Source: Geosiphon pyriformis uo1 (taxonomy: Eukaryota > Fungi > Glomeromycota). From it: a stretch of DNA of 64,000 bases. Where the stretch lies: positions 310,001-374,000 of the forward strand of contig JAAOMT010000675.1 in the NCBI GenBank assembly GCA_016748015.1, given 5' to 3'. Position numbers and translations under genes: made by a program. Under the pieces are notes generated by a model that was given only the letters and a program-made list of their open reading frames with translations, made no database searches and had not been told where the DNA came from. Numbering within the stretch: position 1 is the first letter of the stretch; the number at the start of each line of letters is the position of its first letter. This document shows positions 13,167-26,127 of this stretch, piece after piece.

Positions 13167-14899
13167 AAAAGTTTATCTGACGGCCCATTTGAGGGTTTAG
13201 CATTCGACGTTAATTTCCCTCTATTACGATTAAAAAGTCATGTAGCTTTCAATTGTTTTTTTTAGATTTAAAAGATAAAAGAACCTTTGTCTGGTAAGTA
13301 TAATATTTTGGTTGATAGGTAAGTATAAAAGTAGCAGTTTTGTTTTTGTTATTTATTTTGAATTCAAAAGATGGACGAGATACTAAAATATGTAATTGTA
13401 AAGAGTTCAACTTGTCGACACATAAAAACCTTTTATATTTGAAATCAATGATTAATAAATTGTACCATAATCAATTAATATGGATGAATCATTGGTAAAG
13501 GATAAAAATTTAATTTCCATGAAAATCGCATTTTAATAGATTCTAACATTAAAACAAAAATTTAATTAATTTAATTAGATATTAGAATTAGATATAAAAT
13601 TAAAAACAAAACCAGACAAGACGAAAATATAATGTCCATGCGCAGTAGGTGATGTTACGTTAAAGAAATTAGTGATTATATCTTACATGTTTTTTCTTTA
13701 GCACTAAAATATCACCAAAACAGCAAAGATTATGGAGATTTTTCTTTTTTTTCTAATTGTTGCCTTAATTTTTCAGTTGCTTTTGGAGTAAACTTGTCAT
13801 AATTTGCAATAATAGACTAATTTTTAACACTGGTCGGTTTTTTTTAAAACCTAAATGATTAACTTAACAAACTTTTCAACTTTTTTTATTTACTTTTGAA
13901 AATAAAAAGTGTTAAATTAACTTTATTATGTTGTTTTTGGCTTTTTTTATTTTATATTACAGAGTTATTCAGATTAATTTCAGCCTAAATTTTTAAGTCA
14001 ACCATTTTTTAATAATAATAACTTAACCAGTTTTTATTTATTTATAAAGCTTGTGCAAAGTAATAGTTTTCTTAATAATAAAAATCTTGATATTTTTTAA
14101 TATAGTTCAATTATTATCTAATTACATTCAACATATACATATTTTATAATAAATGTGGTTTATGTACTTTTTACATGTAACTAGCCATTCAAATTAATCT
14201 TTACAGTTTGCAAATACTTTTAAATTTTAACTTTAATAAAAAGCTAAAATATTATGTTTTTTTAATTAATATAAAAAAATAAATTTGTTTTTTATTAATT
14301 TATTCTTTAATAAAAATATTAAATTTTTTTTAAATTCAACAAATATTTTTCCAAAAATTAAAAATAAAAAACAGTTATTTTGATTAGTTTAAAAACATTA
14401 AAAATAAAAAATTATCTTAAAAATATTAAATATTTTATTTATAAAACTATTAATTATGTTTAATAAAAATAAACAAAAAAATATTTTGACAAAAAGTTAA
14501 TTAATAACATAAATTGACCAAAAAATATTGGTTTAATATTTAAATTTGCATATAAAAACTAATATTATTAAGACAAAAATAATTAATTTACATATTTACA
14601 TATTAAAAGTTTTGTTTTGTAAATTATTTGTTATTAAATAAATATATGTATTATATTAAGTATTTAAATTTTGCTTGTATTAAATATAAAAAAATCAAAT
14701 TATTAAATTATATATTTAAATATATTTTTAATATAAATATTAAAAAATTAATATAATAATAGATTTAAAGTTTTTAAATTCATTAAAATAATTATTAATA
14801 AGATTATAAAATTTGTATAATTATTTTTAATTATACACAAAAAAACTGTTTATTAATTATAAAAATAAAAAGTAAAAAAGTTTTAAATATTATTTTTCT

Positions 14900-17800
14900 T
14901 ATAATAACTAATAAAGTTTCAATAAAAAAGGTCTTTCTATTATTAAAGCAGCTAAACAAAACGTCTTAGTAATATTTTTTTAAATATTAATAATAAAAAG
15001 CTGTTTTTAACAACTTTTAAAACATTTTTTTATTTTTAACTAGTGATTTTTTTTTGGTCAAAGTTTTTTCTAAGAAATACACTTAAGTTAATTTTAATAT
15101 TATTTATATCTTTTTTAAGAGCTTCAAAGTTTTTAATAACAGATCAGTTAACAAGTTGGTCTTCTTTGTTTTCATTATTAATAACATTATTATAATCACT
15201 TAATAAATAGCCAAAAAGATCAAAAATTTAAGAAAACAATAGCAATTGCTTGTATTTATTATTGTTATATTAAACTCTTTTGTAATTTCAGATAAAGTCT
15301 TGAATAAATTTTTTTTAGCAATAATTAACTTTCTTTTTAATATAGATAATAATAATATTAGTATGTTTTTTATATTAAACCAAGATTAATTACTAGTTAT
15401 ATTGCTTAATATAGTGTTTTTTGGCAGATTGTTATTAGTTTTAAAAGCAAAACAACTTATTGAATTACTTAATTTTAAAAATTAAACTAATTAAATAAAA
15501 ATTAAATTATTTTCTGCTTTTTTGTTTTTTAATGTTGTCTTTAATAATACTTAAGAAATAATTTTTAGTTATTAAAAATTTTTTAAGTAAATAATCTCTA
15601 CTTTAATATCTAATGTTACTTTTAAGATTAAATTGGTTTTGGTTAATTTTTTGTTTTATTTGTTGTTTGGTTTTGTTAAACTTAAGTTAGTTTTTAAAGA
15701 TAATATTAAATTGTTTTATATAGACTTTGTTTTTAAGAATTTTTTGATTGCAATTATTAAAAATTTTATTGATGATCTTTTTTTTTACTATATTTAAGAT
15801 TGCAAAATTTTTATAGTAATTTTTGGTTTTTTTTCTCTTATTTTTATTGTATTTTATAATATTCTTCTTAATATATCTTTTAATAATATTAAAATACTTT
15901 TGATGTTTTTAATGTTGTTATTTCTGTAAAATTAAAGTTTGTTTACTTGTAACAATATGTTATTGTAATTTTTAAAAACTTTTTGTTTACTGTTACTGTT
16001 CTTATTAATTAATCTGTATTAATTAAAAAAATAGTGTTCAGATTTTTTTTTCTTAATCAAAAAAAAATTATTATTTTAAAGAATTTTTTTAAAGCCAAAT
16101 TAATTAATCTTTTTTTTAATTATATTGTGTTTAAAATAAATAATATAATTTTTAGATTGATGACTGTATTTATTTTATTTATTTATTTTTATTTTTATTA
16201 TTGTTAATACTTTGTTATTATTATTTTTAAATTTTATAAAATGCTAAAACTTTTTGTGGTTAAAACTAATACTCTGTACAAATATTATATCTGATAAAAA
16301 ACTTTTGAATACTGTTATTTTTATAGATATTAAAGTTTAAATTATTTGTTTGTTAATTGTAAAATGCCTTTTTTTTTGTCTTTTAAGCTGTTTTTTAAAT
16401 TTGTAATTGATTTTAAGTTTTCTGTATTATTTTTTGTTAATAGCAAGTTTTATGCTATAGCTTTTGTTTTTTTGGTTTTTTTTCTGCTTTTTTTTTGGTT
16501 GCTTCTGCTGTTAATTCTGCTATTAAATTTAAATTGAATTTTTTGAAGTCTTAAATTTCAAGTTTGGTTGCTTTAGTAAAATTTAATATAAATTTATTGG
16601 TTTTTTGGTTGTTTTGATTACTTTTTTTGTGGTTAAAAATATGTATAAAAATCACAAAGTAGAAAAAAATTTGCTTATTATACTTAATGTTTTTAAAAAT
16701 TTTGTTTTTTTTAGTTAATATATCTAAAAACTTTGTTAATCTTAAAGTTAAAATTGAATTTGATAACATAAATAATAGTAATTTGAATATTATTAAAGCA
16801 TATCTTTTAAGTAAATAAAATTATTAAGAGACTTGATAAGCAAAACTTTTTCTTAATTTTTTTTAATTTAACTTAGTTAGTGCTTTAATTAACTTAAGTA
16901 ATTAATTATATGTAAAAAATACATAAGTTATATCTAATTTAGATTACTTAGTTTAATATATTGTATTAGATAGTAGTTAGATATATTTTGTTAAAACATA
17001 ATAAAAAAAAATATATAAAAAACATAGTTTAATTTATAAAGTAAATTTTATATTTATAAAATATAAAAAATTATATAATATTAAATTAAAATTTATATTA
17101 ATTATTAATTTATAAAAAAACAAATAAAACTTTAAATTTTAGCAAATTTTAATAAATTTTTTTACTTTTTAAAAAACTTGTAATATTGTATAAAAATAAA
17201 ATAAACTTTTTTTTTTATATTTAAATTTTCAAAAAAAAAGTTTTAAAAAAAGTTTTTTTGTTTTTTAATTTTTAATATTTTATAAAGATTTAATTTATTT
17301 ATTCAAAAACTAATAATTATTATTAATAGTAATATGACCAAAAAAAAATTTTAAAAATATTATATATAGTTTTATTAAAAATACTTTTAATCAAAAACCA
17401 AAAAAAAATAAAAAGAATTTTAATAATAAAACAGTTTTTTTTTAAACATATTTTTGTTTTAAATAATAAAATAGCTGTATTTAATATTTTAACAACATAA
17501 AAACTAAATTTAAACTTAAATTAAAAAAATTTACAGTAATTAATATTAAATTTAATATTAATAATAAGAACAATTTTTTTTGAACTTTAAAACAAATATT
17601 TTTAAAATAAATATTAGCAAATTAAATCTTTTTTATTAAATATAATTTATTTTCTCAAAAGTTTAGAAAATTATTAAATTAATATTTATATTAGAATTTA
17701 GTTTGGTTAAAATTATAACATTAATCAAAATTAAAAGTATTTTTATAAACAACAATTTTAAAAAACCAAATTGTAATTATCAAAAAAAAATTGATAAATA

Positions 17801-19500
17801 TTTTTTAAAAGCTGTTTTTTAATTTTTTTAAATTTGGTAATTTAATTTTAATTAATTGAACTATAAAAAAAAACCAGAAAAATTTGCTAAATTAAATTAA
17901 TTAATTTTTTGATTTTTAGCTGATTAATATTAATTTATAAAAACTTTGTTTATATTATTAAGATTCTTAAAAATTAAAAAATCTAAAAAAAAAAAAAAAT
18001 TCATTAAATAAATAGATAAAATTGTAAATATTATAGTTATAAAAAATTAAAATATAATTTTTTTCAAAATTAACTTAAAAAATTTGTTAAATATATATTA
18101 TTTATAAATAATTAGAATTATTTTGTTATTATTTTTACTGTTATCAATAAAAATTTGAGTTATTAATTAGCATAAAATTATTTTTATAATTTTTATTATT
18201 AATTAAAATATATTATTATTTTAATTTATTATTTATTATTTTATTAAATTATTAAATATTACTATTTAATTAATAATCTGATTTGTATAATACATAAAAA
18301 TAGTTAATAATAATAATCAGATTATGTAAAAATTTACTAAAATATATAAATTTGGTTTTATTATTAATTTTAATATAAATCTAATTAATAACTTTATAAA
18401 TTTTTTGTTATTTATTTTAAAATTAAAACTAAATATACTTAAAAAAAATATAAAATTATTTTTAAATAAAATATTAGTATTAATATCTAAATTAAATATT
18501 TTGTTTTTATTTGTTTTTTAAAAAGTTAATAATTAATTATTTTTGGATTTAAAATTTTTAATTTGTTTATGTCTAAATTAAATAGTTTAAAAACCAAGAT
18601 AATAAAGTTTTTAAGTTTATTTAATATTGTTTTATTTAAATTAAACTTTTTATTAACCAAAAATAAATTTAATATTATGTTTTTTAATAATATATTTAAT
18701 TATTTACAACATAGAAAATATAAACAATTAATAAAAGAAACAATAATAAAATAATACATAAAAATAAATAAGTTTGTTTTAATAATTACAAAATTTAAAT
18801 TAAAAATTAGATTAAATTTTAAATCATATACAAATTTAAATATTTATTTTTAAGATAGATTTAAATTATTTAAATTTAGAAATAGTAGTAATTATAGATT
18901 TATATATTAAAACTTTTTTAAAAATAAAGTTGATTTAAACTAAAAGTTTTTAATATTTTAATTGTTTAAATATTTAATAAAAGTTGTTTTATAGTTTTAA
19001 ATAACAATTTTAATAAAAACAGTTTTAAAAAAAACATAAATTTAAGCAGTTTTTTGAATTTAAATCTTTATAATTTTTTATATAATTGTTTTTTGATTAA
19101 TGTTTTAATATAAATTATTGTTAAAGAAAATTTATTAATTTTTTTTTGAACTTTATATTAAGATTTTTATTAAAAAATATTTGTTTTAAATTATAAATAA
19201 TAAATAAAATATATAATAAAAAATTTTTCATAATTGTAAAAAAAAATTTTAATAAATATAAAAAAATATAAAGATCTAAGTTTTTTTAATATTTTAAGAA
19301 TAATTTAAGTATTATTTTTTTTAAAATAATTTTTAGAAATTTTTTAAAATAATTAACTATATTTTAATTAAAAAAAAATTTTTAAATATAGTTTTAAAAA
19401 AATATGTTTATAAAGTTAAAATTTTTTAATACAAATTATTGTGTAATTTTAGTAAATATAAGTTTAAAAAATTTATTAAATTTTTAAATAAGCAAAAAAT
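14900..19500 (+). mobile_element. Very degraded non-LTR retrotransposon (ORF1 remnant ~14.9-16.9 kb, probable ORF2 remnant beyond); boundaries approximate
   Basis: 16025-16170 back-translates to KDSVRI...KAKL.NLP, homologous to GKDSVRV...RALLYTLP in the intact ORF1 at 24169-26133. A CCHC knuckle remnant (..HL..NCKM) lies at ~16305-16365. Confidence 0.45.
18139..18340 (+). repeat. Fragment of the same LTR family as 1592-2562 (5' end of an LTR)
   Basis: tgttatcaataaaaatttgagttattaattagcataaaatta... aligns with tgttattagtagaatttagttaataattaacataaaatta... at 1592 over ~200 bp. Confidence 0.65.
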
Positions 19501-19661
19501 AGAAAAAAATTAATTAAAATAATTATTATTATTATTTAACGCATTTAACGAGTGTAGCCCAATCGCTATCTAGTACATAGAACCAAACTAAGAGGCTCAA
19601 ACTAAACGCGACTCATGCACTTTCTACATGTGGCTAGCCACTCAGGCCAGACAAGGCGACA

Positions 19662-22600
19662 TTACACATTTATAACTACCCGCACACTGCCACCCAGACC
19701 AGAAAAGAAACAAAAAGGCTTCCGACGACCAAAGCTAACAGCAAAGGAATTGGCCAAACCAAGCAATCTCACAACACCGTCAGACAAAACCGAAGACACA
19801 CCACAAGGGAGCCCAGAAACAACACCAACATCACAGACCAGACCAGCCTTCTCCATCACCACCCGGTGGCTGGCTCTAGCCAACCATACCTTAGCACGAT
19901 GTAAACCAACAACGAACCTAACATAATCAACAATCCTAGCAGTGGCCACCTTTCTATCCTCAAAAACATCGCAAGCTTCCTCATACCATTCCTCCAGCAC
20001 AAACCCTTTGCACACCAAAGTGTACAGCCCAACATCAATGGAACATTGAGACAAAACCCACAACACAGCAGAAGCAGAGGAACCACCAGCCAAAGCTGAC
20101 CAACGAGCAGAAGCCTCCGCCAAAATCTCACCACGAATGCCAGACTCATGAACACAAGTAAAAACGTGGTCAGAGAACTCCACCTTACCGCAAAACAAAC
20201 ACAACACACTAGAGTAGCATTTATTATACAACCTCTTCCTAATGGCCACTGGTAACCTCCTGTGCACAGCTTTTATAACATAAGTGCGAAGCGATGAGAA
20301 TGCGCGGCTAGTGAACCCAGCAAGCATATGAGAATCAGGATGCCACACCTTCGCCATGACAACCCAGTCTATGCAACCAATCATCGCATCCAGAACTACA
20401 TCACAACCAGGCCCAGCTTCCCAACAAGCACAACGAATTGATCGAAAAATATTTCTGACAAAATGACGGGCATTACCAGAAACAACGACACCCTTAGCAA
20501 CCAAAAAATGTTTACGCATATCGGCACAAAGGGAAAAGGGAGACCCAGAGGCAGCCCCAGCAGCCAAGTCAGCTCTCACATTACCAGGAATCCCAGAGTG
20601 TCTTTTCACCTTAACCCAACTCACACTAAGATCCTTATCTCTGACCAAATTGAAAATATGATGTTTTTCCAGCCAGCATTGATTACGAAAATCAGGAGCA
20701 ACCAAAGATATCTCAGACACACATGCGTCAATGGCAGCCTGGCTGTCAAGATGCAACACCACAGTACTTGAAGAAGGAACACACTCCAAAGCCAAAGCGA
20801 CAGCCTGTAACTCGGCCATAGTAGATGACAAAAGACCACGAACAGCGACACCAATACTCATATCCAAGACCGGAAAGTATGCAGCAGCACCACAGGTGAC
20901 CTCAGCAGAGCCTGTATTCCTCAAAGACCCATCCGTGAAAACTTCAAAAGAGTCTGACCAAATGTCATGCAATCCATTTTTAACCGCAGAAAATTCCCCA
21001 GACCCCAAAATGTCCAAACTAAGCTTTTCTGCCGAGCCAACAGAACCAGAAAATGAGTAACTCTGATCTTTCAAAAACTCAAAAGAAACCATGAACCAGT
21101 GAGGCACAAAGCCACGTGGATTCAACCTCTTCCAATGACGAAAAGTTTTCCAATCCAACAAAACACCTTTCTTATCAAAAAGCCGATCACCAAAAGCGAC
21201 ACCAAAACGTTTAAGAGATTTGACCGAATCAAAATACAGAGACTTTCCAAGAACAGAGGACAACGGGAACCGACCAGGACTATGAAATGCAGTAGGGAGG
21301 TTGTTCACCAAAATAAGCTCATTGCCCAGAAAGATCTTCACCATCCCAGCCAAAAAATTGTTCACCGGACTAACACGCAACCTGACCAGAAACTGCAAAG
21401 GATCCAAAGGAGCCCAACCAAGAACCTGTAGGTCCAAAAACCTATGTCTAAACAAACGCCCAAGAATGCCAAAAGCATTAGAGAACACCATCAAAGCAGC
21501 AACCTTCCCTTCAGACTGCACCTGCTCAAAAGGCTTTAGGCCATACAATGAGGAATGATGCAAAACAGCATCAGGAAAATCACAGGGGAGACAAGCCTTG
21601 GACCTAAGACCCTTTCTAACCAAGACATCCCACTTGCGACAAACGTTAGATGAGACAAAACTGAACTAAGTACAATAGCTAACAATAGGCTGCAAAACAG
21701 CTGACACCAGATATGAGAATTGTTTGTCTGTAATAGCCTTTTTAAGCACAACATTGACGAAGAAACGTACATCCGCATGAGCCTTGGCAACACTTGGCTT
21801 GGAGAGCCCCTCAGTCGACAGAAAAATACCCAGATACCGATGTGCTTCCCCTTTCTTGGCAATAGAGATTGGCTGACCACAAATGTTCAGTGAAGCAACT
21901 TTAATGCCCTGATTGATGGGAATAGCCACCGTCTTCTCACTATTGATAGAAATGTCATTGATCACAAAAAATTCACTGGCAATGTTCAGAGCATATTGAG
22001 TAGAAGCCTGACAATTTCCAACCCAGATCGTATCATCGACAAACGCACCAGCCGAAAAATACGATGTCAAACCACCACTGCCCTCAATTCTGCCAGATTT
22101 CGAAACAAACTTAGTATCAATCCAGTACCCACACAATTGTTTGTGCCTTTTAACCTCACACAAAAGCGGATCATAAAAAATCTTCCAAAGAAGTGGCGAA
22201 AAGATCTTACTCTGGTCCAGACCATCATGCACCTTATAACCACCAGACAAACCAAAGTCAGTCATCACCCTATTAACTCTATCCTCATGAATACCACCAA
22301 AAAACCTTATGAACCTCTCACACATCTTGACACGCCACAAACTAGCTCTTAAATGATGCCACCCAACTGAATCATAAGCTTTCCGCATATCTTGCAAGAC
22401 CAACCATAACTTCCTATCCTTCTCAATGGCATCCTCAATTACCAAACCGACAGCAAACACCGGAGATTGTGTTGACGTACCCTTCAGCACCGAAAAGTTG
22501 TCCCCCTGAAGAACATTGAACTTGCTACAAGCCATTGAAATATGGNNNNNNNNNNNNNNNNNNNNNNNNNNNNNNNNNNNNNNNNNNNNNNNNNNNNNNN

Positions 22601-24172
22601 NNNNNNNNNNNNNNNNNNNNNNNNNNNNNNNNNNNNNNNNNNNNNNNNNNNNNNNNNNNNNNNNNNNNNNNNNNNNNNNNNNNNNNNNNNNNNNNNNNNN
22701 NNNNNNNNNNNNNNNNNNNNNNNNNNNNNNNNNNNNNNNNNNNNNNNNNNNNNNNNNNNNNNNNNNNNNNNNNNNNNNNNNNNNNNNNNNNNNNNNNNNN
22801 NNNNNNNNNNNNNNNNNNNNNNNNNNNNNNNNNNNNNNNNNNNNNNNNNNNNNNNNNNNNNNNNNNNNNNNNNNNNNNNNNNNNNNNNNNNNNNNNNNNN
22901 NNNNNNNNNNNNNNNNNNNNNNNNNNNNNNNNNNNNNNNNNTAACCGAAGCTTCCTCAGCCAACTTTGACTCAAACATCTTCGACCTCCTGTAATCTCTA
23001 CGAACCAATGACAAATGCCTAACAACAACATCAGATTTAACACCCGAGCCAACCAAATCCTTGAAAGCACGAGCCTTCGCATCATCCAGAGTCGACCATT
23101 TACTCACAAGACGATCAGTGCCCAGCAAGTCACCAGAGCAAAATTTCTTGACAATCTTGGCCACCAACAATTCCAAACCAAAAAACCTAGAAGAATGTTT
23201 GTTTCTCGAACACTTGAAATCACTAAACCAATGCCTCGAAAATGTCACATCAGCAGAATCCACCACAGCTCTCGCCAGAACTGCCCACATAGCATCCACA
23301 TCACCATGTATTTTGGCACTAAAGAACACCTCACCCAAAGACAAAAGTTTAGCTGACGAGAGATCCTTAAACTTAACCCATCCAACACAGTCAGCATTCC
23401 TGATTTTGAACTTCCAACGATCCTTATTCGCCTGCTTGTGCAAACTGTTCAATTGTACATCTAGAAGCTCACCCAAACCGACTGAAACCACAACTGCCTT
23501 GTGATTGGTGTCAAAGAAATCCGAAACAGAGACAACTTGATGACCAGCAACAGCAGAAGACAAATTACCACCAACAAAAATGTAATCAATTGTTTTCCCA
23601 ACCCTTCTCAAATTGCTCCACATATAAGAATTAGCCAAATGATGACCAATAAATGAATTGACCAAACCTAAACTCAAACAAAACTTGAAACTAGCACTTT
23701 TACCAGATCCATTCTCATTAAGGTCCCCACCCAAGATAACAAAATTGCTGGAGTTGACCGCCTTTGCAATGAGGGTGTTAACTTCAGAAGCCTGAACAAA
23801 TCTAGCCCCAGAGGAGGCACCAGCATACAACCCCAAAACAGTAACCAAAAGCTTGCCCTTAAACAGGAGCCGAACAGAAATAACCCGACCAGAAATCTCC
23901 TCCACCTTAGATACATGATGGGCCAAAGAAGTGTTCATAACAATTGCAACCCCAGCACCCATGAAACCCTTATCCAAGCCAGAAGAAAATATTTGCACTC
24001 CATCAAATTTATCCTTTATCCACGGCCCAGAAGAGGACCTCAACTTAGTCTCAGTGATAAAAGAAACCATATTTCCTGAGTTCACATGCCAATGAACAAC
24101 ATCCGCTTGTTTCGCAGGAACATTGATATCCCGAACATTGCACGTAGCAAATTTCCAAACCAAACTACTCAT
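19662..24172 (-). pseudogene. LINE A ORF2: APE endonuclease - reverse transcriptase - RNase H - CCHC zinc finger; one visible premature TAG (21666-21668) and an assembly gap
   Basis: APE motifs TCNVR, ITETKL, GGDLNE, TIDYIF, TNH. RT motifs LQDMRKAYDSV, GLDQ..FSPLLW, AFVDD, YLG. RNase H motifs FTDGS, AELQAV, LDSQAAI, VKRHSGIPGNVRAD. C-terminal CLFC..E..DHVFTC. Confidence 0.93.
22546..22941. other. Assembly gap (396 N) inside LINE A ORF2
   Basis: Run of n characters. Confidence 1.
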
Positions 24173-26127
24173 TGAGATAGAGGAAAAGCCAATGAACCCG
24201 ATCCAGAACGCAGATGATTCAATCTATCCAAGACCGAGTGAACTGAAGCCTCAAGAGCCATCATATTCAATTCCAAACTGCCAATCTTGGCAGTCAAAAT
24301 CTTAGAACTGCTCAGACTGAAATCAACAACCGACCCACCAACATTGGGAGAAGAAGAGGCAGACAACAACAACATGCCATCCAACTCCAAATCCAGGTCC
24401 ATATCTGAAACAACGGCAGTTGGAGACACCAAAGGAAGAGCTGAGGGAGAAGACGCCAATAGCACCAAGTCAACGAAACTTAACTTCTTTAAAATAAGTA
24501 AGACTTGGTCTGAGAAAATTTCTACAGAGCATTCCAGCACAGCTAGGCGACCACTTAGATCAGTGGCACCAGACGAGAAAGAATCCATTGAGAAAGCCAT
24601 CGAACCAGAGACTAAACTGACACCAGGAGCACCTGAAGAGACAACGCGAGAGGAGGAACTGCCTGCCACTTGGGCCCACGTCTTCCCACCAAAAGAAACT
24701 GGACGAGTGACAGGGGCCGACTTCTTCTTATATATCTCAGCTAGACAAACCCGATCTTGCTCAGAAACCACCCTTCTTCTTCGAACACCAGAATACGCAC
24801 CCAAGGAACAATTGACCGAAACATGACCAAATTGTTTACAATGAGCACAACTGGCCAAAGAAAGACCAGCCCAACGCAAACTCACATTCCTGAAAACTAA
24901 AACGGTACCAATAGCAGCCAATTTGGATACCTCATCACCAAAACAAATTACAGCACATCTATCATGAACATATGAACTAGGGTTACGGCTGATATAACAA
25001 GTCTTCCCACCATATGATTCCAACAAATTGGAGAGGTCATGAGCATTAGTGCCAACTGGAAGAGTATAAAGTAAAGCCCGATGTTGATCTCTCGATACCC
25101 ACGTTTGTTTATCAATATTTGCTTTTGCCACTCGGACCGAATCCTTTCCCATGAGCATAGACCATCTAGCTGCGACCAAATCAGCCATCTCAGATGATTC
25201 ATATTCTACCAGGGCCTTTTGCCAAAGACCAATAAGCTGCACTTTGATTGAAACAATCTTGCCAAACCTGGAGAACACCGCCTCAATTGCCGATTTGGGA
25301 AAATCTACTGGGATTTCCTTGACGATCACCTCCCAATCTGAATGGCTGTTTACTTTTCTTAGATCATCATTCACCAATATTTTTTCACAGATCGCCAACT
25401 CTCTGGCCTTAACCATACTAGACTTACTTGTGAAAGTTGACCTAATGACTCCAGGAAATTTTGAGGAAGTCGAAGCACCCCCAAAACCGTCAATTTTGTA
25501 AAAAATCTTTTTGACCTTAAACAACTTATCACTATTTGACTTTCCAGGCACAGCTGACAACTCCACATCTAAAGTGAAAAATTTTACTGGCTCGAAACGA
25601 CGACACTCTAAACCATATGACTTGGGTGGCGGCAACTGATTGGACCCAACAAACGTGCAAGGAGGGAGCTTCAAAACACTATTGTTGTCAGTTTCCAGGT
25701 TGAAAGAAGGTTGTTTCGGCGGCTTGCCTAAGACATATGTTCTCGTCCTCGTCTTCTTCGGAGTAACGTCATCCATCAAGTTGTCGTTTCCAAAGGCGTT
25801 GGAATCGATGTAACTAGTTTTTTCGGCAACCAAGTTTTCTATATCCTCCAAGTCGGACACCTCGCTGATGTTGTTACTCTCGTTCTCCACTTCACTACCC
25901 CAAGATTCCTTACGTTCACCGCCATCAGCCAGCAATGAGTCTGTATACAAAAGTCCAGCTGGAGAATCTACCACGGTACCAGACACGACAGGTTTCCTCA
26001 CTTTCTTGAAAGAGGCACCACGAGAGTAAACACTCTCAACGCGAGCCTTCTTCTTAGAGCCTGACCGGGACCCCAACCCAGTCAAAATCGAGCCCGAAAC
26101 ACCAGCAGAAGAGCCAGCCGGATCCAT
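24169..26127 (-). CDS. LINE A ORF1 (RRM-like domains, CCHC knuckle, C-terminal heptad segments); uninterrupted
   Basis: Open 654-aa frame (first ATG at 26127). RRM-like VIVKEIPVD...VFSRFGKIVSIKV...ALVEY, knuckle CAHCKQFGHVSVNC, KTWAQVAG motif. Confidence 0.9.
   Translation of the reverse strand: MDPAGSSAGVSGSILTGLGSRSGSKKKARVESVYSRGASFKKVRKPVVSGTVVDSPAGLLYTDSLLADGGERKESWGSEVENESNNISEVSDLEDIENLVAEKTSYIDSNAFGNDNLMDDVTPKKTRTRTYVLGKPPKQPSFNLETDNNSVLKLPPCTFVGSNQLPPPKSYGLECRRFEPVKFFTLDVELSAVPGKSNSDKLFKVKKIFYKIDGFGGASTSSKFPGVIRSTFTSKSSMVKARELAICEKILVNDDLRKVNSHSDWEVIVKEIPVDFPKSAIEAVFSRFGKIVSIKVQLIGLWQKALVEYESSEMADLVAARWSMLMGKDSVRVAKANIDKQTWVSRDQHRALLYTLPVGTNAHDLSNLLESYGGKTCYISRNPSSYVHDRCAVICFGDEVSKLAAIGTVLVFRNVSLRWAGLSLASCAHCKQFGHVSVNCSLGAYSGVRRRRVVSEQDRVCLAEIYKKKSAPVTRPVSFGGKTWAQVAGSSSSRVVSSGAPGVSLVSGSMAFSMDSFSSGATDLSGRLAVLECSVEIFSDQVLLILKKLSFVDLVLLASSPSALPLVSPTAVVSDMDLDLELDGMLLLSASSSPNVGGSVVDFSLSSSKILTAKIGSLELNMMALEASVHSVLDRLNHLRSGSGSLAFPLSQ

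Noticed and set aside
99-18754. Short K/N/I/F-rich ORFs in the AT-rich regions (e.g. 99-305, 3786-4034, 7243-7470, 9784-9993, 16551-16769, 18563-18754)
   Set aside because: Chance frames or eroded TE coding remnants, not host genes.
19630-19655. tRNA A-box or hammerhead core in the LINE 3' UTR (TGGCCTGAGTGG)
   Set aside because: Spacing does not fit an A-box, there is no B-box or cloverleaf, and the CUGAnGA/GAAA core is incomplete.
22484-23085. ORFs spanning the N run
   Set aside because: Artefacts of translating the assembly gap.
24287-24826. 179-aa antisense ORF present in both LINE A and LINE D (38339-38878), and other antisense ORFs in the LINEs
   Set aside because: Shadow frames of near-identical copies, with non-ATG starts and no recognisable motifs.
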